Below are positions 36,101-45,913 of a DNA stretch of 64,000 bases, one piece after another (position 1 is the first letter of the stretch; each line of letters begins with the position of its first letter). A program made the translations under genes and the position numbers. The DNA lies in contig MGFR01000001.1 in assembly GCA_001791995.1 (NCBI GenBank), forward strand, positions 14,880 through 78,879, written 5' to 3'. The notes beneath the pieces are model-generated. The model searched no databases, was not told the origin of the DNA, and saw nothing but the letters and a program-made list of their open reading frames with translations. The stretch comes from Candidatus Woesebacteria bacterium RBG_13_46_13. Lineage in GTDB: Bacteria; Patescibacteriota; Microgenomatia; UBA8517.

Positions 36101-36946
36101 CTATTTCGTAAGTTCATGCAGGACAGAAGGAACCAAATCGGCCAAGTCGTCGGCACTATAGTTGGGCCCGACACTCCCGAACAATTCATCCCCCGCCGCT
36201 TTTGTTACATATGAGGCAGCGCAAGCCGCCAAAAACGGTTCGTTTTTGGCCAGCAGGGCAACACTTAGCCCCGCCAGGACGTCCCCGGTTCCGCCCTTGG
36301 TCAGACCGGCGTTTCCGTTGGAAATTTCAACCAGCTTTCCTTCCCCGGCCACCAGCGTCTTTGGGCCTTTCTGGACAACGATGCAGTGGTTTTTCTCGGC
36401 TGCCGATGAAGCATCCAGACCTCCGAATAAAAGCTCAAACTCTTTTTTATTAGGAGTAACTATCGCACCTTCAGGAATCCAGTCTGCATCCATGACCTGG
36501 AGGGAACCGGCATCGATTACCCATTTTTTGTGGGGAAATTCTTGCAGTAATTTTTTGGTCAGCTCTTTTGTAACTTGGCAGGCCTCATCGCAGACATGGC
36601 TTCTTTCCCCGTGAGGAGTTTTTTCGCTTCTGAAACGCATAAAACCGGGGCCAATCAAAACCGCCTCGGACTTTTCGATATAGTCCCCTACCTCTTCCCA
36701 GGGAACCCAAATGAAAGAAGAAAGCCGGGATTTCAGCTGTTCGGCAACCGGGCCGAGGGAGCCCTCCGGGGAAGAAAAGAAAACCATATCAACTATTCTT
36801 GCGGCAACTTTTAAGGACAAAAGAGGAGCGCCGTGGAAAAGTGACGAGCCTCCGATTATCGTAACCTGACCGTTGTCCTCACCGGCGGATTCGCGGGCGG
36901 GTTGATAGAGTCTCTTCAGAAGTTCCTTATCGAATATTTGCCCCAT
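36101..36946 (-). CDS. ADP-dependent NAD(P)H-hydrate dehydratase (YjeF C-terminal-domain / carbohydrate-kinase-like)
   Basis: GGTGDVLAG motif; 281 aa. Confidence 0.8.
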   Translation of the reverse strand: MGQIFDKELLKRLYQPARESAGEDNGQVTIIGGSSLFHGAPLLSLKVAARIVDMVFFSSPEGSLGPVAEQLKSRLSSFIWVPWEEVGDYIEKSEAVLIGPGFMRFRSEKTPHGERSHVCDEACQVTKELTKKLLQEFPHKKWVIDAGSLQVMDADWIPEGAIVTPNKKEFELLFGGLDASSAAEKNHCIVVQKGPKTLVAGEGKLVEISNGNAGLTKGGTGDVLAGLSVALLAKNEPFLAACAASYVTKAAGDELFGSVGPNYSADDLADLVPSVLHELTK

Positions 36947-36949
36947 TTA

Positions 36950-37258
36950 TCAATCCAGATCGCCTCTCGGTACTCCACCCATAGGCACGTTTTCCCGAGG
37001 AGGCTTATCAGTCGGGAACATGGAGGAACGGCGGTTTCCCGGTTGTGGCTCCTGTGGAGGAAGCTCCCCCAGCGTCGGCGGCTCTGTGTCTAACTTCTCG
37101 AGTCTCCATCTTAAAGGATAGTTTTTGTCAAAGTGTTTTTCTACGACCACCCATCTGTGCCCTTCCGGAGTGCGTTTCGGAGGCTTATACGGACTATAAA
37201 GAATGTCTCCCGCTTCCAGTTTTTTTCTTTTTGGGGGTTTTTCTCCGAATTCCGGCAT
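36950..37258 (-). CDS. Hypothetical Pro/Lys-rich protein
   Basis: 102-aa ORF with no motif. Confidence 0.4.
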   Translation of the reverse strand: MPEFGEKPPKRKKLEAGDILYSPYKPPKRTPEGHRWVVVEKHFDKNYPLRWRLEKLDTEPPTLGELPPQEPQPGNRRSSMFPTDKPPRENVPMGGVPRGDLD

Positions 37259-37270
37259 TCTTGGACTATT

Positions 37271-38329
37271 CTACCCTCCTATACTTATTTTTTCTACCCC
37301 TTTTAAGCCTTTAACAAAATGCGGGTCGGCGGTGGTAATAATCGTCTGCTGGTCCAAAGCAGATTTGACGACTATCTCCCTGTGTTCATCGTCAAGCTCC
37401 GAGAAGATATCATCCAGTAGAAGCGTCGGCCTCTCGCCCGACTTTTGTTCAATGAAGGCAAGCTCCGCCAACTTCAACCACAATACTCCCATCCTTTGCT
37501 CTCCCCGGCTGCCGAACCTGGCCAAATCCCTATTCTTCAATTTAAAAATAAAATCGTCCCTGTGGGGCCCGACCAGGGTGGTGGCTGCAGCAACTTCTTC
37601 TTCCGCGTATTGCTCCAGCCTTGCCTCGCTGATCGCGCTTTTATCGTAATAAAGCTCCAGCTTTTCTTTATTTAAGGCGTGAGTGCTGTTGATAAATTCA
37701 ATCAGCCCTTGTCTTGCAAGCGAGATATAATCGCCGTTTTTGATCAAGAGCTTGTCCCAAAAAAGAAGTTGATTTCTTGAAAGGCCTTCCTCTCTTATCC
37801 TCAAAAGCAGCCTGTTTCTTTGCCTTAAGCCTTTTTCGTAAGATAAAGAGGCGCGCCGATACTCCCTGTCCACCTGGGAAAGTACCGTGTCTAAAAAATT
37901 ACGCCTTAAAGACGGTGACTCCGTCACCAAATCCAAATCCCAAGGCCCAAAAAGCGTAACTTTAAAATTGCCGGCAAAATCCACCAGGCGCTTGGCAACC
38001 CCGTTGACCAGAAGTTTTTTCCTGGCAATCTTCTCCGGAGCGGATTTGCCGATATCGATAAGGCCCCTGGTCAAAACCGCCTCCAAATCAGACTGCGCAC
38101 CCCCCACCGTTACCCTACATTTTACCCTGGCGATCTCGGCATCGTAATTGACCATCTCCTCCTCGATCCTGGCTCTGAAGCTTTTACCTGTTGCCAAAAC
38201 AAACATGCTCTCGAGAATGTTGGTCTTGCCCGAAGCGTTGGGTCCCACGATAACCGTAATCTTTGGAGAAAATTCCAAAAGTTTGGTTTTGAAATTCCGA
38301 AAATTATTTAACCGAAGTTTGGAAATCAT
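37271..38329 (-). CDS. recF: DNA replication and repair protein RecF
   Basis: N-terminus LRLNNFRNF plus Walker A GPNASGKTNILES; 352 aa. Confidence 0.9.
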   Translation of the reverse strand: MISKLRLNNFRNFKTKLLEFSPKITVIVGPNASGKTNILESMFVLATGKSFRARIEEEMVNYDAEIARVKCRVTVGGAQSDLEAVLTRGLIDIGKSAPEKIARKKLLVNGVAKRLVDFAGNFKVTLFGPWDLDLVTESPSLRRNFLDTVLSQVDREYRRASLSYEKGLRQRNRLLLRIREEGLSRNQLLFWDKLLIKNGDYISLARQGLIEFINSTHALNKEKLELYYDKSAISEARLEQYAEEEVAAATTLVGPHRDDFIFKLKNRDLARFGSRGEQRMGVLWLKLAELAFIEQKSGERPTLLLDDIFSELDDEHREIVVKSALDQQTIITTADPHFVKGLKGVEKISIGG

Positions 38330-39145
38330 CTATTTCTGGCAAACGGGGCAGGCATACGTTCCTCGACCTCCAAGAAAAAACTTTTGCATCTTGGCTTTGC
38401 CGCAGCGGACACAGAGCTTACCCTGTGTCCCGTAAGCCAAGAAGTGCTCCTGATAGCTTCCTTTTTTGCCTTCGGCGGTTACATACCATTGGTCCGAGGC
38501 CCCCTGATACTTAATCCCGTCTTTCAAGACCTTAAGTATCGCCCCAAAGAGGGTTTCGGCTTCCTTGGAGGCAAGGCCATTCGCCGGGCGCCGAGGATCA
38601 ATCTTTGCCAACCACAAGGCATCGTTGGCGTAGATATTCCCTACCCCACTCATCTTGGTCTGGTCCAGGAGCAGGATTTTAATCGGTCGGCGGGAGGCGG
38701 AAAGAAGTTTGACAAATCGCTCCAAGGTCAGATCGCGCAAGGGCTCGGGGCCGAGCTTGGCCACAAAAGCTTCTTTGGCGACATCGGTTGTTTTTTCCAC
38801 CTTAATCCAGCCAAATTTGCGTGAATCGTTAAAAAAGAGCTTGCTGCCCTTATCCAAACTAAAAACGACATGGGTGAATTTGTTGGGCTGGTTTGGAAAT
38901 CCGGGGGAAGAAAAGACGACCTGACCGGTCAATTTAAGATGGACCAAAAAGGAAAAGCCGTTGTCCAAATCGACAATCAACACTTTACCCAGGCGGCGTA
39001 CGGAGATAACATTGCCCCCTACCAGTTTCTCTTTTCCCTGGGGAAAAATTTTGGCAACACTGACCTCCACACCTAAAATCCGATGACCGATCAGGTGCTT
39101 CTCCAAACCCGTTCTGATGGTTTCAACCTCTGGTAGTTCCGGCAT
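38330..39145 (-). CDS. mutM: Formamidopyrimidine-DNA glycosylase
   Basis: MPELPEVE N-terminus (catalytic Pro2 and Glu3) and a C-terminal zinc finger CVRCG...CPVCQ. Confidence 0.9.
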   Translation of the reverse strand: MPELPEVETIRTGLEKHLIGHRILGVEVSVAKIFPQGKEKLVGGNVISVRRLGKVLIVDLDNGFSFLVHLKLTGQVVFSSPGFPNQPNKFTHVVFSLDKGSKLFFNDSRKFGWIKVEKTTDVAKEAFVAKLGPEPLRDLTLERFVKLLSASRRPIKILLLDQTKMSGVGNIYANDALWLAKIDPRRPANGLASKEAETLFGAILKVLKDGIKYQGASDQWYVTAEGKKGSYQEHFLAYGTQGKLCVRCGKAKMQKFFLGGRGTYACPVCQK

Positions 39146-40244
39146 ATCTGGTTATATATTTTTTAATCTGCTCGACAAATCTTTCTTTGGCAAACCTTCT
39201 GGCATTAGCAAGAAGTTTATCTTTATCCCACCTTGTGCTCTCCAACCGCCCGATGGCCTTTTTTATGGTTGCCTCATCGGTTGCGTCGATTAAAATTCCC
39301 GTTTCTCCGTCAACGACCGATTCCCTAAACCCTCCCCCGTTAAAGGCGATCACCGGTGTTCCCGCGGCTTGGGCTTCAACAACACTCATGCCGAAATCCT
39401 CGTCACGGGCCAGGGCGATAAAGCCCTTGGCCTTCCCGTATAGTGCGTAAAGTTCTTTGTCCGGAACCCTGCCCAAAAGTTCTATCTTGCCCCCGCTTAA
39501 CTTTTCCAACTCCTTCTTAACTCCCGCATAGCCGTGGGTTTCCCCCACTATCTTAAGTTTGAAATTGAGTTTTTTTGCCAACCTGGCCGATTCCTCCAGT
39601 CCCTTGGCCCCTACCAATCTGGAGACAATCAAAAAATAATCTTCTTTTGCCAAATCTTTGGTGGCTCTGATTATTGCTTCGACATCTACAGGGGGGTAGA
39701 CCACCTCCGAGGGCTTACGGTAAAACTTCTCTATTCTGGCCTGAACGTTTTTGGAATTTGCCAGCCAATAATCTACGGCCTGGGCGGAGGTAAAATCGTA
39801 CATCCTGAGAAAATGCCCCACGATGGCGGCATAGACCTTAACCGGCCAGTATTTGCCAAATCTGACGCTGGTTTCGTATCCGTAGAGCCATCTGGGAGGG
39901 GTATGGCAGTAACAAACTACTTTTGTCTTGGGAGAAACCTTAAATCCCCGGGTTATATACCAGCTGGATGAGGTGATTACCAAATCGTACCCGGATAAAT
40001 CCATGTTTTTCCAAATGGCGGGAATTAAAAACCTCAAAGGGCTATATAAATTGTCAATTTTTAGGATCGGGGCCAAGGCACTCTCGATAATTTTTTTGCC
40101 TTTAAATTCTTTGTCGGCGGTTGAACCCTTAACCCTAAAGGCCGTATAGATTGGGGCTTGGGGAAATATCCCGGTTAAGGTTTTTAAAACCCTCTCGGCT
40201 CCGCCGTACTCCCGGATATAGTCGTGAACCAAAGCTATTTTCAT
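39123..40244 (-). CDS. Glycosyltransferase family 4
   Basis: GT-B fold with the EDFGMSVVEAQAAGTPVIA (E-x7-E-like) motif. Confidence 0.8.
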   Translation of the reverse strand: MKIALVHDYIREYGGAERVLKTLTGIFPQAPIYTAFRVKGSTADKEFKGKKIIESALAPILKIDNLYSPLRFLIPAIWKNMDLSGYDLVITSSSWYITRGFKVSPKTKVVCYCHTPPRWLYGYETSVRFGKYWPVKVYAAIVGHFLRMYDFTSAQAVDYWLANSKNVQARIEKFYRKPSEVVYPPVDVEAIIRATKDLAKEDYFLIVSRLVGAKGLEESARLAKKLNFKLKIVGETHGYAGVKKELEKLSGGKIELLGRVPDKELYALYGKAKGFIALARDEDFGMSVVEAQAAGTPVIAFNGGGFRESVVDGETGILIDATDEATIKKAIGRLESTRWDKDKLLANARRFAKERFVEQIKKYITRYAGTTRG

Positions 40245-41135
40245 TTAAAGAAGAGGTATTTGTTTTTCTTGGTCGAGCTCCTTCCCGACCTTTTTAACCC
40301 TTTCCGTTAAGGTTTTAAATCCAAATTCCGCAAACAAATCCAGAACTTTCTTGCCGTCTACGTCCCAACGGGAACACTCCTCTATTTTAAAACCGATCGG
40401 CACGTCTTTAACAATGGTTGCCAGTTTTTTGGAAATTTCGGAATATTTTCTGCCTTTAGTAAGCTTCTGCCCTGTTGCGGCGGGAATTTCTTTTAGGTTC
40501 TTGTAGATATTATCCAGGGTTCCGTATTTCTCCAAAAGGGAGACTGCCGTTTTCGGACCGATTCCGGGAACCCCGGGATAGTTATCCGAGGGATCCCCCA
40601 CCAAAGCCTTGTAATCATCAATTAAGCTGGGGGCAACGCCCATTTTTTCTTTGACTTCCGCCTCTCCCATCAGCTTGGCATTCGCCAAACCCACAATCGG
40701 CATATAGACCTTAACCCGGCCGTTAACCAGCTGCAGTTGGTCTTTGTCTCCGGTGACGATAACCACGTCCTCTTTAACCAGGGTTGAAATTGTCCCGATA
40801 ACGTCGTCGGCTTCAAACCCCGCTTTGTCGTAGATAGGAATGCCAAAGGCTTCGACTACCCGCCTAGCTTTAGCAAATTGACTGATAAGTTCATTGGCCG
40901 TCGCCGGTCTTTGGGCCTGATACTCCTTAAAGGCTTTATGTCTAAAGGTTGGTTCCTTCCTGTCGAAGGCCACGGCAATATGGGTCGGTTTTAAATCTGT
41001 GATAACCCTTAAGAGCATTGAAACCAAACCGTAAACCGCGTTAATCGGCTCCCCGTTTTTGGTGGTTAAAGGAGGCAGTGCATGGAAAGCCCGGTGAAGG
41101 ATGGCGTTCCCGTCGATTATTACAAGTTTGCTCAC
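40245..41135 (-). CDS. 5'-3' exonuclease (FEN-like; Pol I N-terminal-domain homolog)
   Basis: LVIIDGNAILHRAFHA N-terminus, DKDQLQL, and an H3TH domain; 296 aa. Confidence 0.85.
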   Translation of the reverse strand: MSKLVIIDGNAILHRAFHALPPLTTKNGEPINAVYGLVSMLLRVITDLKPTHIAVAFDRKEPTFRHKAFKEYQAQRPATANELISQFAKARRVVEAFGIPIYDKAGFEADDVIGTISTLVKEDVVIVTGDKDQLQLVNGRVKVYMPIVGLANAKLMGEAEVKEKMGVAPSLIDDYKALVGDPSDNYPGVPGIGPKTAVSLLEKYGTLDNIYKNLKEIPAATGQKLTKGRKYSEISKKLATIVKDVPIGFKIEECSRWDVDGKKVLDLFAEFGFKTLTERVKKVGKELDQEKQIPLL

Positions 41136-41136
41136 G

Positions 41137-42981
41137 CTATTTTTCCGAACTCTTTTTGCCTACAATTCTTTCAAATTCTTCCCTGTCTATGGTCTCTTTG
41201 GTAAGCAGTCTAGATACCAATTTATCCAGCCTTTTTTTGTTTTTCTTAATGATTGCCAGTGCTGCTTTATAGCAGGAGTCGACCAATTTTTTTACCTCGA
41301 CATCCACTTTTTCTTGCATGGCGGGAGAAATCTGGGCCGGCTCATACCAGTCGGGTGCGCCGAATTCTCCCATTTCTATCTGTGGTCCCAGATTAATTGG
41401 GCCCAGGTTACTCATGCCAAAATCGATTACCATGGCCCGGGCCACCTGTGTTGCTTTCTGGATGTCGTTTGACGCTCCGGAGGTCATCTCGTTAAAGATA
41501 ATCTCCTCCGCAGCACGTCCGCCGAGTATGGCAGTTATCTGGTCTAAAAGACGGCTTTTGGTCTCGTGAGATCTATCGGAAGCTGCTGGGATAAGCGTAT
41601 GGCCCAGACTCATGCCCCTGGCAACAATTGAGATACGCTCAACCGGGTCGGTCTTGGGCAAAACGTGGGACACTACCGCATGTCCCGCTTCGTGGTAGGC
41701 CGTAATTTTCCTGTCCTCTTCGGATTGAAGCTTTTTCTTAGCAGGGCCCAACTTGACCTTGGTGGCTGCTTCTTCAACATCTTTGGTCTCGATAAAGTTC
41801 TTGTCTTCTCTGGCTGCCAAGATTGCGGCTTCGTTTAACATGTTTTCCAAATCCGCTCCTGAAAAGCCCACTGTTCTGTCGGCGACCTTTCCCCAACTTA
41901 TCCCTCTGATAAACTTCTTCCCCCTGGCGTGAATCTTGAGTATGGCCAGTCTGCCTTCCTTGTCCGGCATATCCAAAACCACTCTTCTGTCAAACCTGCC
42001 TGGCCTTAAAAGCGCGGGGTCGAGTAAATCCCCTCTGTTGGTTGCGGCGATAACGATCACGTTGTCGTTGGGGGTAAATCCGTCCATTTCGACCAATATC
42101 TGGTTTAGGGTCTGTTCCCGCTCGTCGTGCCCGCCGATAAAACCCCTCCCCCGCTGCCGTCCTATGGCGTCAATTTCGTCGATAAAGATAATCGCGGGGG
42201 CACTGGCTTTAGCCTGGGCAAAGAGATCCCTGACCCTGGATGCCCCGACTCCGACCAGCATTTCCATAAATTCACTTCCCGCCATGGAAAAGAAAGGAAC
42301 ATCCGCCTCTCCGGCAACCGCGCGGGCCAAAAGGGTTTTGCCTACCCCGGCGGGCCCGAAAAGCAGCGCTCCCTTGGGTGTACGGGCGCCTATTTTGCGA
42401 TATTTACCTGGGTTTTTGAGGAAATCGACCACCTCTTCTAATTCCTTTTTGGCTTCATCCACGCCGGCAACGTCGGCGAAACTGACCGGCTGCTTACCTT
42501 TGGCAAAAAGCTTGGCGCGGCTCTTGCCGAAAGAAAAAATATCCTGTGCTCCCCTATTTTGGGCCCGGATAATAAAGAAGAAGAAGGCCGCCATCAAAAG
42601 AATCGGTAAAACTATACCCAAGACGCTACCGATTGCCTTGGTGATTGTCTGGTCGGTAATGTTGTAGTTCACACTCGTCGGGGCTATTCCGGATTTCTCA
42701 AGCAGGTCGGTAAAGGTTTCGTTGGGTTCCTTGCTGGTGAGCTTGGTCGAACCGTCTTTATAGGAGAGAAGCAGGTTATCGTTTTCAACCACAACCTTCT
42801 CGACTTTCCCGTCCTTGATGTCAACCAATGCCTGGGAAAGCTCCACCTTGCCCTTGCCGCTCTGGGTATCAAAAAGGGAAAGCAAAAAAGGAGCTATAAA
42901 AATCAGAATAAAAAAGCCGAAGATTATCGTCCAGAGATTAATCTTCAACTTCAGCCCAAACCGCTTCGAGTTTTTCTTCAT
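41137..42981 (-). CDS. ftsH: ATP-dependent zinc metalloprotease FtsH
   Basis: 2 TM segments, Walker A GPAGVGKTLLARA, SRH, and Zn motif HEAGHA. Confidence 0.95.
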   Translation of the reverse strand: MKKNSKRFGLKLKINLWTIIFGFFILIFIAPFLLSLFDTQSGKGKVELSQALVDIKDGKVEKVVVENDNLLLSYKDGSTKLTSKEPNETFTDLLEKSGIAPTSVNYNITDQTITKAIGSVLGIVLPILLMAAFFFFIIRAQNRGAQDIFSFGKSRAKLFAKGKQPVSFADVAGVDEAKKELEEVVDFLKNPGKYRKIGARTPKGALLFGPAGVGKTLLARAVAGEADVPFFSMAGSEFMEMLVGVGASRVRDLFAQAKASAPAIIFIDEIDAIGRQRGRGFIGGHDEREQTLNQILVEMDGFTPNDNVIVIAATNRGDLLDPALLRPGRFDRRVVLDMPDKEGRLAILKIHARGKKFIRGISWGKVADRTVGFSGADLENMLNEAAILAAREDKNFIETKDVEEAATKVKLGPAKKKLQSEEDRKITAYHEAGHAVVSHVLPKTDPVERISIVARGMSLGHTLIPAASDRSHETKSRLLDQITAILGGRAAEEIIFNEMTSGASNDIQKATQVARAMVIDFGMSNLGPINLGPQIEMGEFGAPDWYEPAQISPAMQEKVDVEVKKLVDSCYKAALAIIKKNKKRLDKLVSRLLTKETIDREEFERIVGKKSSEK

Positions 42982-43014
42982 GAGTTTTACCCCGAAATTA
43001 TAGCACTAACAACA

Positions 43015-43353
43015 CTAATGCACTTTTGTCCCCGGGGCAATGGGTTTATCAGGGATAAGAAGGACACAGTTTTCGCTGGCATCATCCTCGGCCGCCATAA
43101 TCATGCCTTGAGACTCCTCACCCAACATCTTTTTCGGTTCCAAATTAAAAACAAAGATAAAACTGCCCCCCTTAAGGTCTTTGGGTTTATACCATTTCTT
43201 TATCCCGGAAAGGATAACCCTTTCCCCGAGAGATCCGAAATCTACGGTTAAGCGCATCAGGGTATCTGCTCCCTCAATGTTTTCGGCCTTAACCACCTTG
43301 CCCACCCTGAAGTCTATCTTGGAAAAATCGTCAAAGGAAACCGAGTCTTTCAT
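43015..43353 (-). CDS. tRNA-binding domain protein (CsaA/EMAP-like OB fold)
   Basis: DFRVGKVVKAE ... LLIPD motifs; 112 aa. Confidence 0.75.
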   Translation of the reverse strand: MKDSVSFDDFSKIDFRVGKVVKAENIEGADTLMRLTVDFGSLGERVILSGIKKWYKPKDLKGGSFIFVFNLEPKKMLGEESQGMIMAAEDDASENCVLLIPDKPIAPGTKVH

Positions 43354-44343
43354 TTAGATAAGTCCCATCGCTTTCTTGGTCTCGGCGAGGGTTTCTTTGG
43401 CAACCTTGCCGGCCTTAACGGCTCCCTCTTTGAGGATTCTATCTACCAACGAGGAATCGTTCTCAAAAACTTTTCTCTTCTCCTGTAAAGGCTTAAGTTC
43501 GGCAAAAATGGCCTCTGCTAGCTCACCTTTTAACTCGGAGTACTTGATACCTTCCCCAATATAGGCCTCTTCGTAATCTTTCTTTTTGGTCTCTCCCAAA
43601 AATAGCCCTACCAGCTTTAAGAGGTTGGCTACTCCTCCTTCGGCTGGAACTTTCTCTCCCTTTCCCGAATCTGTCGGGGCTCCAGCCAGGGCCTGTCTGA
43701 TACTTGCCAAATCGTCGGTGAGGTTGATATAGCTGCCCTCGACGGTTTTGCTCATCTTTCCTTCCCCTTTGAGGCTGGGAATGTATTCGCTGCCTTTAAT
43801 TGTGAATCTTTTCGGCTCGGGAAACGAAAGCCCGTACGCTTCGTTCATTTTTCCGGCTATTTCCCTGGCGATTTCCAAATGCGGCTCCTGGTCGATCCCG
43901 ACCGGTACGGAATCTGCCTTATAGGTCAAAATGTCAGCCGCCATCAAGACCGGGTAATGCAAAAGGGCCATCGAGTTGGCCTGGGGATATTGTTTGACCT
44001 TGTCCTTGTAAGTCGGTAAATGCTGCATTCTGGCAATTGTGACCACGGTGGAGAAAAGATAGGCCAGCTCAACATGTTCCGGAACTTGGGATTGGACAAA
44101 AATTACCGACTTTTCTGGGTCCAGCCCGGCTGCGAGGTAGTCCAGAACCACTTCGCGTACACTATCTTTTAGAGTTTTGGCATCATAGGGAGTGGTTAGG
44201 GTATGCAAATCGGCAACCATATAAAAAGTTTCGTATTCGGGGTTATCCTGCAGGGCCAGCATGCCTTTGACCGCACCTAAATAGTTGCCTATATGTAGGC
44301 GGCCTGTTGCTCTGATGCCTGATAAAACTCGCTTTTGAGCCAT
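43354..44343 (-). CDS. trpS: Tryptophan--tRNA ligase
   Basis: HIGNYLGA (HIGH) and KMSKT (KMSKS) motifs. The start is probably MAQKRVLSGI. The track ORF extends to 44361. Confidence 0.9.
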   Translation of the reverse strand: MAQKRVLSGIRATGRLHIGNYLGAVKGMLALQDNPEYETFYMVADLHTLTTPYDAKTLKDSVREVVLDYLAAGLDPEKSVIFVQSQVPEHVELAYLFSTVVTIARMQHLPTYKDKVKQYPQANSMALLHYPVLMAADILTYKADSVPVGIDQEPHLEIAREIAGKMNEAYGLSFPEPKRFTIKGSEYIPSLKGEGKMSKTVEGSYINLTDDLASIRQALAGAPTDSGKGEKVPAEGGVANLLKLVGLFLGETKKKDYEEAYIGEGIKYSELKGELAEAIFAELKPLQEKRKVFENDSSLVDRILKEGAVKAGKVAKETLAETKKAMGLI

Positions 44344-44363
44344 ACATTCGGATTTTACCACTG

Positions 44364-44392
44364 TTGAGGCTAAAGATGAAGCGTGTTATAAT
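44364..44392 (+). promoter_or_regulatory. Sigma70-like promoter TTGAGG-N17-TATAAT for tRNA-Met
   Basis: TTGAGG at 44364-44369 and TATAAT at 44387-44392. The tRNA starts about 95 nt downstream. Confidence 0.45.
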
Positions 44393-44487
44393 ACTGGGCT
44401 GCTACATGCGGGGTAGTGTACGGCTGCACGGAAGGCTCATAATCTTCCAGGCTAGGTTCAACTCCTAGCCCCGCAACACGGATTTGA

Positions 44488-44559
44488 GCCAACGTAGCTC
44501 AGCGGTAGAGCAAGGATTTCATAAGTCCGAGGCCAGAGGTTCGAATCCTCTCGTTGGCA
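44488..44559 (+). tRNA. tRNA with CAU anticodon (elongator Met or Ile2-lysidine type; G1-C72 pair, so not an initiator)
   Basis: GCCAACGTAGCTCAGCGGTAGAGCAAGGATTTCATAAGTCCGAGGCCAGAGGTTCGAATCCTCTCGTTGGCA. Anticodon loop TTCATAA. Confidence 0.85.
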
Positions 44560-44561
44560 CT

Positions 44562-44951
44562 TCAAAGGAATAACTTCAGCCACTTTTTCCAGGTCGGGTC
44601 AGGCAGCTCCTCCTCCTCTTCCGCCGGTGCCGGAGCAATCTGTCTTAGGGTCTCGGCATCGGGCAAGACGACTATTATCTCCTCGTCTTTGGACAAACCC
44701 AGCTTGTCCCGCAACTGGGTTTCGATATAGGTTTCGGATTGGGCCTCTGCCAACCTTCTTTTTAGATCCTCGTTTTCATCCTTTAGTTTCTCTACCCTGC
44801 CTTTGGCTTCGTCTATCCTTTTTGAGGCCGCCAGGATTCTGAAGATGTTTCTAACCAGGGAAAGACTGAAGAGCAAGGCCAAACCCAGCAGCAGATATTT
44901 CCAGTATCTGCCCAGCTTTAATTTGAACCCTTCCCCCTTATTTTTGTGCAT
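44562..44951 (-). CDS. Septum formation initiator (FtsB/DivIC-like) cell division protein
   Basis: N-terminal TM segment, a coiled coil, and RDKLGL; 129 aa. Confidence 0.65.
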   Translation of the reverse strand: MHKNKGEGFKLKLGRYWKYLLLGLALLFSLSLVRNIFRILAASKRIDEAKGRVEKLKDENEDLKRRLAEAQSETYIETQLRDKLGLSKDEEIIVVLPDAETLRQIAPAPAEEEEELPDPTWKKWLKLFL

Positions 44952-45044
44952 AGTTTGCGTTATTCGAAATCTTCGCCTATAATACGTTGACTATAAAGAT
45001 ATTTGTGTTATTATTATAGTCCGCCGACTGCTCCATAAACTAGA

Positions 45045-45911
45045 ATGGCCCAAGAAGCATTAAAAACTCTGCTCCCAAAATTTATCGACAGCCTGAAAGA
45101 AAAAGGCCGCTCTCCTGCTACCGTGCTGGCCTATAGAGCAGACCTTGAACAGCTGATCGTTTTTCTGCATGGAAAGAACAAAGTTATGCCCGAAGGCATT
45201 ACCTCTTCCGACCTTGAGGCATTCCGCGACACCCTTTTGGCGGAAAAATACACACCCAAATCGGTCTCCAGGAAGCTAAATGCCGTCAAGACTTTCTTTA
45301 GATGGCTGATCTCTGAGAATCACCTCACCTCCGACCCTTCCGTTAATGTTGCCCATCCCAAAATCGAATCTTCGCTGCCGAAGTTTCTCTCGCAGCTGGA
45401 GTACCGCGCTCTAAGGGACGTGGTCAGAGCCGACACCAGAATTGCCGCGATCGTGGAATTGATCCTTCAGGCCGGATTGAGAATTTCCGAGGTGGCAAGT
45501 CTGAAAACGGAAAATGTCAAAGCGGATAGCCTTAAAGTTGAGGCCTATGCCACCCAGCCGGAAAGGACTATTCCCTTAAACAGGCCCGCCAAGGATGCGC
45601 TTGCCGGCTATATGTCCGATCGACCCACCAAGATTGCCTCCGTCTATGTTTTCATCAGCAAAAACGGCAAAGCCTTGGCGGTCAGGAATATCCGGGCCGC
45701 AATCGACAGATATATGCAGAGGGCAGAAATTCCTAACTATTCGGTTAACGATTTAAGAACCACTTTTATGGTCGAAAATATTAAATCCGGTGTGGATTTG
45801 GTACTTCTTTCCCAGGTTTCCGGACACAAGCGGCTTTCAACTACGGAGCGCTATTTGGAACTGGCGCAGGTTAAAGAACCCGGCAAGAGACAATCTTTGA
45901 TTGAGCTTTAA
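45045..45911 (+). CDS. Tyrosine site-specific recombinase, XerC/XerD-like
   Basis: N-terminal SAM-like domain. Catalytic domain with R...HxxR...Y (LSQVSGHKRLSTTERYLEL); 288 aa. Confidence 0.85.
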   Translation: MAQEALKTLLPKFIDSLKEKGRSPATVLAYRADLEQLIVFLHGKNKVMPEGITSSDLEAFRDTLLAEKYTPKSVSRKLNAVKTFFRWLISENHLTSDPSVNVAHPKIESSLPKFLSQLEYRALRDVVRADTRIAAIVELILQAGLRISEVASLKTENVKADSLKVEAYATQPERTIPLNRPAKDALAGYMSDRPTKIASVYVFISKNGKALAVRNIRAAIDRYMQRAEIPNYSVNDLRTTFMVENIKSGVDLVLLSQVSGHKRLSTTERYLELAQVKEPGKRQSLIEL

Positions 45912-45913
45912 GC

